64,000 bases of DNA from IMG/VR virus record IMGVR_UViG_3300046786_000121, positions 1-64,000 of that record. One strand, 5' to 3'. Made by a program: the position numbers and the translations under genes. This document shows, piece by piece, positions 45,919-54,977 of the stretch. The DNA is from a virus. Below the pieces are notes generated by a model. That model had not been told where the DNA came from and did not search any database. It worked only from the letters and a program-made list of their open reading frames with translations. The stretch's first letter is position 1. Every line of letters begins with the position of its first letter.

Positions 45919-46284
45919 ATGTCAAACTTACCAACACCTCCAAAAGACGATAGCGGCGCTGCTACTAAACTATTTTTTGATACCTACGGAAAAGATCCGT
46001 TACAGTTCAATGCCAACGAAGTAGATGCTGCAATTGGTTTCTTTACTTCTAGAGGATTTGACAGCGATGCAGCTTCTGCAACAGCGGCAGTTTTGCTTAA
46101 ACAAGCAAAGATAGACAGTATACCTGTTTTCAAGCTGCTTGATACCCTTAAAACGCTTACAGGCATACAGCTAAGTGCATTGGTTGGGGAAATTTTAAAT
46201 AATAATCGTAGTCCTATTAGCACATTAGGATTTAGAGTAGTTGGTGTTGAAAAACAAAACCAAACTAGAAACATCTTTGCATAA
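45919..46284 (+). CDS. Hypothetical protein
   Basis: 121 aa ORF in the operon, TAATG-coupled to gp4. Confidence 0.55.
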   Translation: MSNLPTPPKDDSGAATKLFFDTYGKDPLQFNANEVDAAIGFFTSRGFDSDAASATAAVLLKQAKIDSIPVFKLLDTLKTLTGIQLSALVGEILNNNRSPISTLGFRVVGVEKQNQTRNIFA

Positions 46285-46724
46285 TGGTAAAATTCGCACA
46301 AGGTAAATTTGAAATGAAAAACCCTACAAAATATGTAGGGAAGAAAACCCCAATGGCTCGTAGCAGTTGGGAATTTGTCTTTATGAGAATGCTTGATGAA
46401 CATCAAGGGGTTCAAAGTTGGGCAAGCGAAAGTATACAGATACCTTATAGAGACCCGTTGTCTGGAAAATATACAATTTATGTTCCTGATTTCTTTATTG
46501 TGTATGTTGATAAGAACGGAAGTAAACATGCAGAAGTGGTTGAAGTAAAACCAGAAAGTCAAACCAAATTAGAAGCGGTGGGCAAGAGTCGTTACAATCA
46601 AGAACAATACGTAAAGAACATGGCTAAATGGGAAGCCGCCAGTAAATGGTGTAAGCAGCAAGGAGTAAAATTCCGTGTTGTAAACGAAGGTGATATTTTC
46701 CATCAAGGTTCAAAACGTAGATAA
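46284..46724 (+). CDS. gp4: Head completion nuclease (TnsA-like PD-(D/E)xK)
   Basis: RSSWE, W.SE.I.IPY, YVPDF, EVKP, N.AKW.AA..WC. Confidence 0.85.
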   Translation: MVKFAQGKFEMKNPTKYVGKKTPMARSSWEFVFMRMLDEHQGVQSWASESIQIPYRDPLSGKYTIYVPDFFIVYVDKNGSKHAEVVEVKPESQTKLEAVGKSRYNQEQYVKNMAKWEAASKWCKQQGVKFRVVNEGDIFHQGSKRR

Positions 46725-46731
46725 GTAGTGT

Positions 46732-47211
46732 ATGACTAAAAAACTAGAAGAACTTTTTAATTTGGATGACAAGAAGACTAAAGATCTTCCTACAAAACCA
46801 CCAATTAAAGAAGCTAGCGAAGTTGCTGATATGGATCAAAGCTATGCAGCAGTTGAAGCAATCACTAAAACACTACCTCAAATTCAAGAGTTAGATAATC
46901 TTGACGAAGCTGAACTTGATAATCTAGCAAGTAAAGCCGAAGCAGCCTACGACGATTTAATGGATCTCGGAATGAACGTTGAAGTTCGTTATTCGGGTCG
47001 TATCTTTGAAGTTGCAGGGACAATGCTAGGGCATGCTATCACAGCTAAATCTAACAAGATTGAAAAGAAGCTCAAAGCTATTGACATTCAATTAAAGAAG
47101 TACAAGATTGACAAAGATAACAACGAAGATCCAAACGATGTTATTAATGGACAAGGATACATTGTTACAGACCGCAATGAGTTACTCAAGAGATTGGGCA
47201 AAAAGGACTAA
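46732..47211 (+). CDS. Putative terminase small subunit (gp16-like)
   Basis: Helical, with RIFEVAGTML (cf. gp16 PR..EV...L) and C-terminal RNELLK; upstream of gp17. Confidence 0.55.
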   Translation: MTKKLEELFNLDDKKTKDLPTKPPIKEASEVADMDQSYAAVEAITKTLPQIQELDNLDEAELDNLASKAEAAYDDLMDLGMNVEVRYSGRIFEVAGTMLGHAITAKSNKIEKKLKAIDIQLKKYKIDKDNNEDPNDVINGQGYIVTDRNELLKRLGKKD

Positions 47212-47219
47212 ATATACGT

Positions 47220-47771
47220 ATGAAAACTTTTAAAGAATATCTCACCGAAAGTAAAAAAGTCTATGACTTTAAGATTAAAGTAGCGGGTGAACTACCAGAA
47301 TCTTTCCAAGAAAACCTAAAAACAAGTTTGGGTCGTTGTGGAGTCTCTAAATTAGAGAAAGTAGCAACTACTCCAATTCAAGCTGTACCTTTAGATTTTC
47401 CTAACCACCCAAATACAGAAGTACATATTTTTGAAGTTGTCTGTGATTACCCAGTAACAGCACCTGAAATTGTTACAGATATTAGAGCATTGGGCTTAGA
47501 TGAAGCATGCTTTAAAGTTAGGGGTGCTAATGAAGATAGTGAAAGCCCAATGGTTGAACCAAAAGCTACATCACTATTAACTGACTCACAATACACAGAA
47601 GCAGAGAAAGTTAAGCAAAAAGATTACTTTGGAGACGACTTCAATAAAGGTTTCTTAAAAGATTTAGAAAAAGCATCTAAGGCTCGCAAAAAAGAAAACG
47701 AGCAAGGTGAATACAAACTGCCTAAGGGCAAAACTGATAAAGCAGGCACCAAGAGTGCCCTAGGGAGTTAA
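47220..47771 (+). CDS. Putative internal head protein with capsid-targeting-like N-terminus
   Basis: Begins MKTFKEYLTES; late promoter 5 nt upstream. Confidence 0.5.
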   Translation: MKTFKEYLTESKKVYDFKIKVAGELPESFQENLKTSLGRCGVSKLEKVATTPIQAVPLDFPNHPNTEVHIFEVVCDYPVTAPEIVTDIRALGLDEACFKVRGANEDSESPMVEPKATSLLTDSQYTEAEKVKQKDYFGDDFNKGFLKDLEKASKARKKENEQGEYKLPKGKTDKAGTKSALGS

Positions 47772-47776
47772 TACAA

Positions 47777-48760
47777 ATGGATTTTAATCAACTAATGGCA
47801 AAGATGCGTGAATTGGATGCTCCAGTTCAAGCAGCACCGCAAGCAGCAGTACAAGAATGTGGAGATCCGATGGGGATGCCTAGCGCAATGCCTCCGTCTA
47901 TGAATGATCAACCACCTCCAGCACATCCTAGCATGAGTGTTAATTTAAACGCACAAGGCATGGACAATATCGAAAGTTTACTAAAGTTAATGACTAAGGT
48001 AAACCCAGACATGATCAATCAACCAACTGGTATGGCACCTCCATTACCTGGTTTAACTGCTGAGCCTAATGTTTTAAGCATTAAGCCTCCAATGCCGAGT
48101 CTAGGCAATTTAGACTCTGGTCCGTTAAAGATGTTACCAGACTTTGATAAAGAAGAACCACATTCGGAACCAGATGCTGATAACTTTGGCGGTCCAAGCG
48201 ATAATGATGCAGATAACATGCCAGGCCCTGGTGATTTAGATCATGATGAACCGGATGCTGATAACATGGGCGGTCCAAGCGACATGGATGCTGATAATGA
48301 TATCGACAACATTCAAAAGTCTATGGGCGACAACGACGGCGATGGCGATCATGACATGCACGATCACGAGATTGAAAAGAAAGACGACGATGAAAAAGAA
48401 AAAGATGAGTCGTGGGGCAACGGAGTTCAAGGTCGTGATAACGTTGATATCAAAGGTATCGACGCAGCAATTCCAAGCGGCGACGATCTAAACAAGCCTA
48501 AACAAACATTCCCTAAAGTTGCAGGCGGCGACAATCCGATGCAACGTAACGAAAGCAAAGAAGCTCTACGTGCAAGTATTCGTGCAGAACTTCTAAGCAG
48601 ATTAAACGAAACTAGTGATGCAAAATTGAAGCGTTACAGTGACGCAGCATCTAAGTCAGTTGCAAAGTCTGCAACAGGAGATGATGATGGCAAGATGGGT
48701 AAGAGATTAGCAGGTGTAGAAAAAGCCCAGGCTAGATTAGATAAGAAGGGAGCCAAATAA
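47777..48760 (+). CDS. Low-complexity acidic Pro/Met/Asp-rich protein (prohead core/scaffold-like)
   Basis: 327 aa, disorder-like composition, internal 17-aa repeat, LNE site. Confidence 0.5.
   Translation: MDFNQLMAKMRELDAPVQAAPQAAVQECGDPMGMPSAMPPSMNDQPPPAHPSMSVNLNAQGMDNIESLLKLMTKVNPDMINQPTGMAPPLPGLTAEPNVLSIKPPMPSLGNLDSGPLKMLPDFDKEEPHSEPDADNFGGPSDNDADNMPGPGDLDHDEPDADNMGGPSDMDADNDIDNIQKSMGDNDGDGDHDMHDHEIEKKDDDEKEKDESWGNGVQGRDNVDIKGIDAAIPSGDDLNKPKQTFPKVAGGDNPMQRNESKEALRASIRAELLSRLNETSDAKLKRYSDAASKSVAKSATGDDDGKMGKRLAGVEKAQARLDKKGAK
48167..48298 (+). repeat. Direct repeat, 2 x 51 nt (EPDADN.GGPSD.DADN)
   Basis: Copies at 48167-48217 and 48248-48298. Confidence 0.8.
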
Positions 48761-49116
48761 TGAGCGCAGTAACAAGAGTAAACGGTTTAAGAAATACCGT
48801 TGGTACATTATACATGGACAATTGCAATATGTTTGTAATTCAAGTCCAGAACGCTGCCAACAGTAACAGAGATCTACGTGCAGAAGATGATGCAGTTGAC
48901 GAAGCAGTAGAATATATTGTTAAAGAATTAAATCCTTTGGCATTCTTCGTAGTTGATGCTGCTACTGGACTTATCTATGTTGTTATGGATAAGAACATCA
49001 ATAGTGCTAGCGAATTACAAACACGTATTCGTAACATGGGTACAGCAGTTGGTGCTAACAGCATCGATGTTACAGGTACTGACGTTACTTTAGCAACAGC
49101 ATTAACATTATCTTAA
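48760..49116 (+). CDS. Hypothetical virion protein
   Basis: 118 aa, TAATG-coupled, followed by a terminator. Confidence 0.55.
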   Translation: MSAVTRVNGLRNTVGTLYMDNCNMFVIQVQNAANSNRDLRAEDDAVDEAVEYIVKELNPLAFFVVDAATGLIYVVMDKNINSASELQTRIRNMGTAVGANSIDVTGTDVTLATALTLS

Positions 49117-49132
49117 TTTTTAAATTAAAACC

Positions 49133-49160
49133 AAATAGGCTCTTCGGAGCCTATTTTTTT
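49133..49160 (+). terminator. Rho-independent terminator with C(UUCG)G loop
   Basis: AAATAGGCTC-TTCG-GAGCCTATTTTTTT. Confidence 0.9.
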
Positions 49161-49173
49161 CAGTAAATACAAT

Positions 49174-50760
49174 ATGGCAAAAAGTTTAGACGGCAATTTA
49201 ATTAAGAAAGCTCATGCGCAACAAAGGTATACCCTTGAAGAAGTAGAGCATCTAGAAAAGTGTATGGACCCAGTAACAGGACCATTATACTTTGCTAAAA
49301 ATTTCTTAAAAATTCAACATCCTACTAGAGGATCAATTCCCTTTGAACCTTTTGAGTATCAAGAAAGACTAATTCAAGCCTATCACGAAAACAAGCAATG
49401 TATTGCGATGTTACCTCGTCAGATGGGTAAGACAACATGTGCTTGTGCATACTTGTTATGGTACACTATGTTTGTACCTGAAGCACAAGTACTGATCGCT
49501 GCTCACAAATATGAAGGTGCGCAGGATATTATGAACCGTTACCGTTTTGGTTACGAGAACTTGCCAGACTTTATTCGTGCTGGTGTTTACTCGTACAACA
49601 GAAACACAATTGAATATGATAACGGATCACGTATTCAAGCAGTAACGACTACAGAGAACACTGGTCGTGGTAAATCTCTTTCACTAATTTATTGCGATGA
49701 GTTTGCATTCGTGCAACCGCCAGAGAAAGCCAAAGAGTTCTGGACTGCTTTGTCACCAACATTGTCAACTGGTGGTAAGTGTATTATTACATCTACTCCA
49801 AACTCAGACGAAGATCAATTTGCGTTAATTTGGACCGAAGCTAATAAACGCTTTGATGAGTTTGGAAATGAACAAGCATTAGGCACTAACGGATTCCATA
49901 GTTTCTTTGCACACTGGAATGAACACCCAGATAGAGATGAGACGTGGGCACAAACAGAACGTGCTAAAATTGGTGATGAACGTTTCCGTCGTGAATTTGA
50001 TTGTGAATTCTTGATTTTTGATGAAACGCTAATCAACGCAGTACGTCTTGCAGAGATTAAGGGTGTAGATCCTAAAATGACAATGGGTCAAACACGCTGG
50101 TATAAAGATATCGATCCACGATGTACATATCTAGTAGCATTAGATCCTAGTTTAGGTACAGGTGGAGACTATGGTGCTATTCAAGTATTTGAAATGCCTA
50201 GTATGACACAGGTAGCAGAATGGCATCATAACATGACTCCTATACAGAATCAAGTTAAGCACCTTCGAGAAATTTGCAAGTACATACACGATCGTGGACA
50301 AGAAAAGGGCGGAAATCCTCAAGTATACTTTAGTGTTGAAAATAACAACGTTGGTGAAAGTGCATTAATTTGTATTACAAATATGGGCGAAGAAAATATC
50401 CCCGGATTATTCCTAAGTGAACCAATTCGTAAGGGTCATGTTCGTAGATTCCGAAAAGGTTTCAACACTACACACAAAACAAAGATTGCTTCTTGCAGCC
50501 AATTTAAGCATATGTTAGAAACAGGTAAAATGATAATATATTCTAAACCCCTAGTTTCTGAGCTTAAAACCTTCGTAGCACACGGAGTAAGTTTTGGTGC
50601 TAAAACAGGCGAGCATGACGATTTAGTTAGTGCTACATTGCTGATTATTAGAATGGCAGAGATCCTAGCAGACTGGGATCCAAAGATTTACGAGAAAATG
50701 ACCGACAAGTTGACAGAAGAACAGCTACCAATGCCTATATTTGTCAGCAGCGGTTTTTGA
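49174..50760 (+). CDS. gp17: Terminase large subunit
   Basis: PRQMGKTT Walker A, LIYCDEFAF Walker B, ITSTPN, ALDPS.G, HDDLV nuclease motif. Confidence 0.95.
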   Translation: MAKSLDGNLIKKAHAQQRYTLEEVEHLEKCMDPVTGPLYFAKNFLKIQHPTRGSIPFEPFEYQERLIQAYHENKQCIAMLPRQMGKTTCACAYLLWYTMFVPEAQVLIAAHKYEGAQDIMNRYRFGYENLPDFIRAGVYSYNRNTIEYDNGSRIQAVTTTENTGRGKSLSLIYCDEFAFVQPPEKAKEFWTALSPTLSTGGKCIITSTPNSDEDQFALIWTEANKRFDEFGNEQALGTNGFHSFFAHWNEHPDRDETWAQTERAKIGDERFRREFDCEFLIFDETLINAVRLAEIKGVDPKMTMGQTRWYKDIDPRCTYLVALDPSLGTGGDYGAIQVFEMPSMTQVAEWHHNMTPIQNQVKHLREICKYIHDRGQEKGGNPQVYFSVENNNVGESALICITNMGEENIPGLFLSEPIRKGHVRRFRKGFNTTHKTKIASCSQFKHMLETGKMIIYSKPLVSELKTFVAHGVSFGAKTGEHDDLVSATLLIIRMAEILADWDPKIYEKMTDKLTEEQLPMPIFVSSGF

Positions 50761-50771
50761 TAAATATAACT

Positions 50772-52958
50772 ATGGACGCAACAAACAACATCGCCACCGA
50801 TTTATTCTACAAAGTTAGAAGCAGATTCCAAGGGCTAAAACTTGGCAACGAACTCGGTGAAATTACAATCAACCCAGAAGAAGCACGTTTCTTCGACTTT
50901 GACTACATGGAAGGTGAAAATCCTATTGGACATGTTAGTATTAGTCTTGCTGAAGCAAACTCTATGAAAGTCTATTTTAGTTCAGGCATTACAGAATCAA
51001 TGGACGATGGACAAAAGAATAGTTGGTATGGATTTTTGAAAGAATTAAGAATGTTTGCCAAGCGTAGATTAATGGCATTTGACACTAGAGATATTGCCAA
51101 AGATAATTTAGATAAAAGAGATTATGCGTTTTTGAGTCAACAAAATCAGCCTCAAAAACAAACTGTTAATTCTGTAGTAACCCCAGTTGGAGAATCAATT
51201 ATGAGTGAAAGTGCATTATATGGTAGCAAGACAATGAGCTATCAGAAACTAATGGACACTAGATTAATCATCAAACACAGCCATGCTGTTATGGATGACG
51301 CTGCACCTGGTGCAAGAAGCAGAAACATTAGTGCATTGTTTGTTGAAAATCAAGATGGCGAAAGATTTAAGTACCCTTTCATTCATCTAGCAGGTGCTCG
51401 TGCTATGCAACGTCACGTTGCTAATGGTGGTGTACCATACGATGAAATTGGTGAAAGTATTATTAAGATGAGCGAAGAAATTGCTCAACTAAAGAGTTTT
51501 GGTAACTATGTTAATCGTAATGATTTAATGAACAGCAGTACCAATAACATTGTTGAAAGAAGCACAGCACAACTAAACAACTTACGCGAAACCCTAGCAA
51601 AACTTGCAAAGCAAGGACACTATGAGGCTTATAAAGAATCTTTCCAGGCACAACCGCAAATGGAAGTTCCAGACGAAGTTGTAGAAGACTTTACAGAGAA
51701 ATTCACAGTCAGAAATTTTAAAGAAGATATCAAATCTGTATTCCCAGTTCTGTATAGACTGATGAAGGAATCAGAAATAGGCTACTCCGACATAGTCGCA
51801 ATGACCACACAACAGTCTATTAATAATGATGAAGAAATTGCTGAGAACAGTGCTTTTGATCGTTTTGAATCATGGGTAATGGGTCTCGGCGAATCCAGTG
51901 CTATTACTAGTCAAGAACCAGAAGAACAACAAGCTGCATTAAAGAGCCTACAAGAATTAGTAGGACAACATTTCCCAGCAGGTGTAGACGGCAGCAATGC
52001 TATCGAAAGCCTAAAAGGTATTATTGAAGACCCTGAACTATACAAAAGAATTAAGGCACAAGCCAGTGAAGATCCAGATAGCTGTGTACGCGGTTTAGTT
52101 AAGGATTGGTTAAGTTTAAATGCACCTGAGGTATTGGAGCAATTAGACTTCGGCGATTTTGTAGAAGAGCCGGTAGCAGCTGAAGTTCCAGCACCAGAAG
52201 CTGTTCCTCAAGAAAATGTTGAAGAAGCAGCAGCTACTACTGGGGATTACGAAATTGACGGCGATATGGCAACTGTGGAATTTGAAAGAGACGAAAATGG
52301 TATTCCTAGAGTAACTAAAGTTATGGTCGGAAGTACTGATATTACTGCTATTGAAAACTTAGAAGAAATTGCAAGTAATATCGACGAAGGCGAAGAATCT
52401 CCAATTGAAGATTATTATTTAATTTTAAGCATTGATATTGAAAGTGAATATAATGCAGCTGAGAGAGGATCGAGAGAATACGGATCTGGAATGCAATTAG
52501 AACCAGACTACGATGCGTATACTGAAGTTACTGGAATTACAGCATATGGCAACGGTAAAAAGGTTGCAATATACACTGACGATTTACCAGAAAGCACTCA
52601 AGAACAAGTTCAAAAAATTGCAGACGAACAACACACTGACGACGATTATGACGAACCAGATGATTACTATGATGATCGTTACGAAGGCAAAGAAGAACCC
52701 GCTGAACAAAAAAATCACGGTATTAACGTACAAGAACTTGCAGAATTTATTCACACATTCTACGATAGAGAATCAGGCACATTCCCTAAAGGCCCAGAAG
52801 GCGTTTGTACAATGGTAGGCAAAAAGTATGGCCCTCAGGCAGAACAAGTTGCTCGCAAATTTGTAGAAAGAATGGCTCCACAACAACAAGATCCACAATT
52901 GGCTGAATTGACTCGAATGAAACAACTATCGGGTATTAGTCAAGGCATTGGAATGTAA
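50772..52958 (+). CDS. Large acidic late protein, probably head-associated
   Basis: Start MDATNN at 50772, 5 nt after TAAATA; several E-S/E-A sites; Glu/Asp-rich C-terminal half. Confidence 0.55.
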   Translation: MDATNNIATDLFYKVRSRFQGLKLGNELGEITINPEEARFFDFDYMEGENPIGHVSISLAEANSMKVYFSSGITESMDDGQKNSWYGFLKELRMFAKRRLMAFDTRDIAKDNLDKRDYAFLSQQNQPQKQTVNSVVTPVGESIMSESALYGSKTMSYQKLMDTRLIIKHSHAVMDDAAPGARSRNISALFVENQDGERFKYPFIHLAGARAMQRHVANGGVPYDEIGESIIKMSEEIAQLKSFGNYVNRNDLMNSSTNNIVERSTAQLNNLRETLAKLAKQGHYEAYKESFQAQPQMEVPDEVVEDFTEKFTVRNFKEDIKSVFPVLYRLMKESEIGYSDIVAMTTQQSINNDEEIAENSAFDRFESWVMGLGESSAITSQEPEEQQAALKSLQELVGQHFPAGVDGSNAIESLKGIIEDPELYKRIKAQASEDPDSCVRGLVKDWLSLNAPEVLEQLDFGDFVEEPVAAEVPAPEAVPQENVEEAAATTGDYEIDGDMATVEFERDENGIPRVTKVMVGSTDITAIENLEEIASNIDEGEESPIEDYYLILSIDIESEYNAAERGSREYGSGMQLEPDYDAYTEVTGITAYGNGKKVAIYTDDLPESTQEQVQKIADEQHTDDDYDEPDDYYDDRYEGKEEPAEQKNHGINVQELAEFIHTFYDRESGTFPKGPEGVCTMVGKKYGPQAEQVARKFVERMAPQQQDPQLAELTRMKQLSGISQGIGM

Positions 52959-52998
52959 AGTTTCGTCAGCAGTTGGTGTGATTAAGACACCATAGATT

Positions 52999-53022
52999 GG
53001 GCACTTAGGTGCCCTTTCTTTT
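52999..53022 (+). terminator. Rho-independent terminator
   Basis: GGGCAC-TTAG-GTGCCC-TTTCTTTT. Confidence 0.8.
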
Positions 53023-53085
53023 GACTTGATGTAAACTTTATTCTTGGCTAGCACGTTATATGTATATGCTAGGAGGCATTTATGT

Positions 53086-53391
53086 ATGAAACGTTTAGCT
53101 ATTACTCTGATTGCGAGTCTGACACTTCTAAGTGGAACAAGCCAAGCAAATCCGCACCATATGAACCGACATGGTCATTATCACAATGTTCATCGTGCAG
53201 ATTGGATTGCTCCTCTTGTGATAGGAAGCGTAGTAACGTATGCTCTAACAAGGCCCGCACCGCAGCCAGTAATAGTACAACAACCTCAGCAAGTGTATCC
53301 TAACATACCGCCAGCACCTATTGGCTACCATTATGAAAATATTTTGGATGCTAACTGTAATTGTTACAGGCTGGTTCTTGTTTCAAACTAA
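53086..53391 (+). CDS. Small exported/membrane protein (signal peptide, His-rich, Pro/Gln-rich)
   Basis: SD AGGAGG; MKRLAITLIASLTLLSGTSQA signal peptide; second hydrophobic stretch; C-terminal CNC. Confidence 0.6.
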   Translation: MKRLAITLIASLTLLSGTSQANPHHMNRHGHYHNVHRADWIAPLVIGSVVTYALTRPAPQPVIVQQPQQVYPNIPPAPIGYHYENILDANCNCYRLVLVSN

Positions 53392-53407
53392 CCTTAAAGG
53401 AAATATC

Positions 53408-53635
53408 ATGAAACTAATCGCAACTTTAATCGCATCAGCATTTGCAGTATCAGCATTTGCCGCAGAACCAGCTAAGGCTCCTGCAACACCTGCTCCGGCA
53501 GCAACAGCAACAGCTCCAGCTAAGGCAGAAGTTAAGAAAGAAGACGAACTTAAGAAAGGGGCAAAGCCTGCAAAAAGTACTCCTGCCAAGGACGAAAAGG
53601 CAGCAGCACCAGCTACTAAGCCAGCGTCCAAGTAA
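53408..53635 (+). CDS. Small exported Ala/Lys/Pro-rich protein (acid-shock-protein-like composition)
   Basis: SD AAGGA; MKLIATLIASAFAVSAFA signal peptide. Confidence 0.7.
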   Translation: MKLIATLIASAFAVSAFAAEPAKAPATPAPAATATAPAKAEVKKEDELKKGAKPAKSTPAKDEKAAAPATKPASK

Positions 53636-53828
53636 TTTAGGGTTAAACGAATCGGACGACGATTCGTGCAGCGAAGTTGATCTTCATGTTGCGTATCGCC
53701 GTCCGCAAGTTGTCACAGAAGAATACAATCTCATTGACGATGATTCAGAATTACCAAAACACATTACAGACAGACTAGCTCAAATAAGAGCGTTGGCACT
53801 GGAAAAATATAAAGAAGTCCATGGTTGA
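53636..53828 (+). CDS. Probable coding segment in the +1 frame with no clear start of its own
   Basis: Protein-like sequence (DDDSELPKHITDRLAQIRALALEKYKEVHG) whose stop lies within the terminator; the only upstream start is TTG 53442 inside the previous gene. Confidence 0.4.
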
Positions 53829-53843
53829 TACCTGGACTTTTTT
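53815..53843 (+). terminator. Rho-independent terminator
   Basis: AAGTCCA...TGGACTT followed by a T-tract. Confidence 0.65.
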
Positions 53844-53878
53844 ATTGGAAAAATAATCATTTTATCTGTGGCTTTTTG

Positions 53879-53907
53879 TTGACTCTGCTAAATAAATCGT
53901 GCATAAT
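53879..53907 (+). promoter_or_regulatory. Sigma70-type promoter with an embedded late box, upstream of gene 32
   Basis: TTGACT-17 nt-CATAAT; TAAATA at 53889-53894. Confidence 0.6.
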
Positions 53908-53966
53908 AGTTACTATGCACATTAAGGCATACAAGCATTTTAAGGCATATATAGGAGGCATATAAA

Positions 53967-54977
53967 ATGGCTACATTAGCAGAAATCCGTGCGAAACTTC
54001 AAGAAGCACAATCAAAGTCCACAGGACAATCCACCGGCGGTGGAGACAACGCAATTTACCCACATTGGAACATGGCCGAAGGCAAAGAAGCAGTAATTCG
54101 CTTGCTACCTGACGGTAATCCAAATAACACATTCTTCTGGGTAGAACGTGCAATGATCAAATTGCCGTTCGCAGGTATCAAAGGTGAAACAGATAGTCGT
54201 CCAGTTCAAGTGCAAGTTCCTTGCGTTGAAATGTACAACGACGGTTCAGTTTGCCCAATCCTTTCTGAAGTACGTGGTTGGTTCAAAGATAAGTCTTTGG
54301 AAGAAATGGGTCGTAAGTATTGGAAAAAGCGTAGTTATATTTTCCAAGGTTTTGTTGTTGAAGATCCTATCGGTGAAGACAAGAAGCCAGAAAACCCAAT
54401 CCGTCGATTCATTATCGGCCCACAAATCTATCAAATCATTCGTAGTGCTTTGATGGATCCAGAGTTGGATGAACTACCAACAGATTACATGAAAGGTGTT
54501 GACTTCCGTATTGCTAAAACTAGCAAGGGTGGTTTCGCTGATTATTCTACTAGTAAGTGGAGTCGTCGTGAACGTGCTCTAAGCGAAGTTGAAACAGCGG
54601 CTTTGGCATCTAACGAATTATTCAACTTGTCAGACTTCTTGCCAAAGAAGCCAACTGATGTTGAGTTGAAAGTTATGAAAGAAATGTTTGAAGCATCTGT
54701 TGACGGCGAGCCATATGATATGGAACGTTGGGGTCAATACTTCAAGCCAGCAGGCATGGGCGGTGGCGGTACTGCAACCGGTTCCACAACACAACGCTCT
54801 GCTCCTACCCAGGCAGCATCTGCTCCAGCAGATGAAGATGATGCGCCATTCGATACAACTCCAGTGGCTCCTGTAAAAGGTGTTAACCTAGCAGATGCAG
54901 CATCACCTGCAGGTGGTGAAGGTGCAAGTCGTGCGCAAGATATCCTTGCCATGATTCGTAACCGTCAAAAGCAATAA
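53967..54977 (+). CDS. gp32: Single-stranded DNA-binding protein
   Basis: AVIRLLP, CxxMY...CPI, YWKKRSY, G.DFRI.K...GG.ADYS.SKW; upstream of uvsX. Confidence 0.85.
   Translation: MATLAEIRAKLQEAQSKSTGQSTGGGDNAIYPHWNMAEGKEAVIRLLPDGNPNNTFFWVERAMIKLPFAGIKGETDSRPVQVQVPCVEMYNDGSVCPILSEVRGWFKDKSLEEMGRKYWKKRSYIFQGFVVEDPIGEDKKPENPIRRFIIGPQIYQIIRSALMDPELDELPTDYMKGVDFRIAKTSKGGFADYSTSKWSRRERALSEVETAALASNELFNLSDFLPKKPTDVELKVMKEMFEASVDGEPYDMERWGQYFKPAGMGGGGTATGSTTQRSAPTQAASAPADEDDAPFDTTPVAPVKGVNLADAASPAGGEGASRAQDILAMIRNRQKQ

Noticed and set aside
45506-46562. Antisense ORFs of 145 aa and 192 aa
   Set aside because: They overlap well-supported plus-strand genes (gp54-like, gp4) and show no protein-like features.
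53021-53050. TTGACT as a -35 box after the terminator
   Set aside because: No credible -10 element at 16-18 nt spacing.
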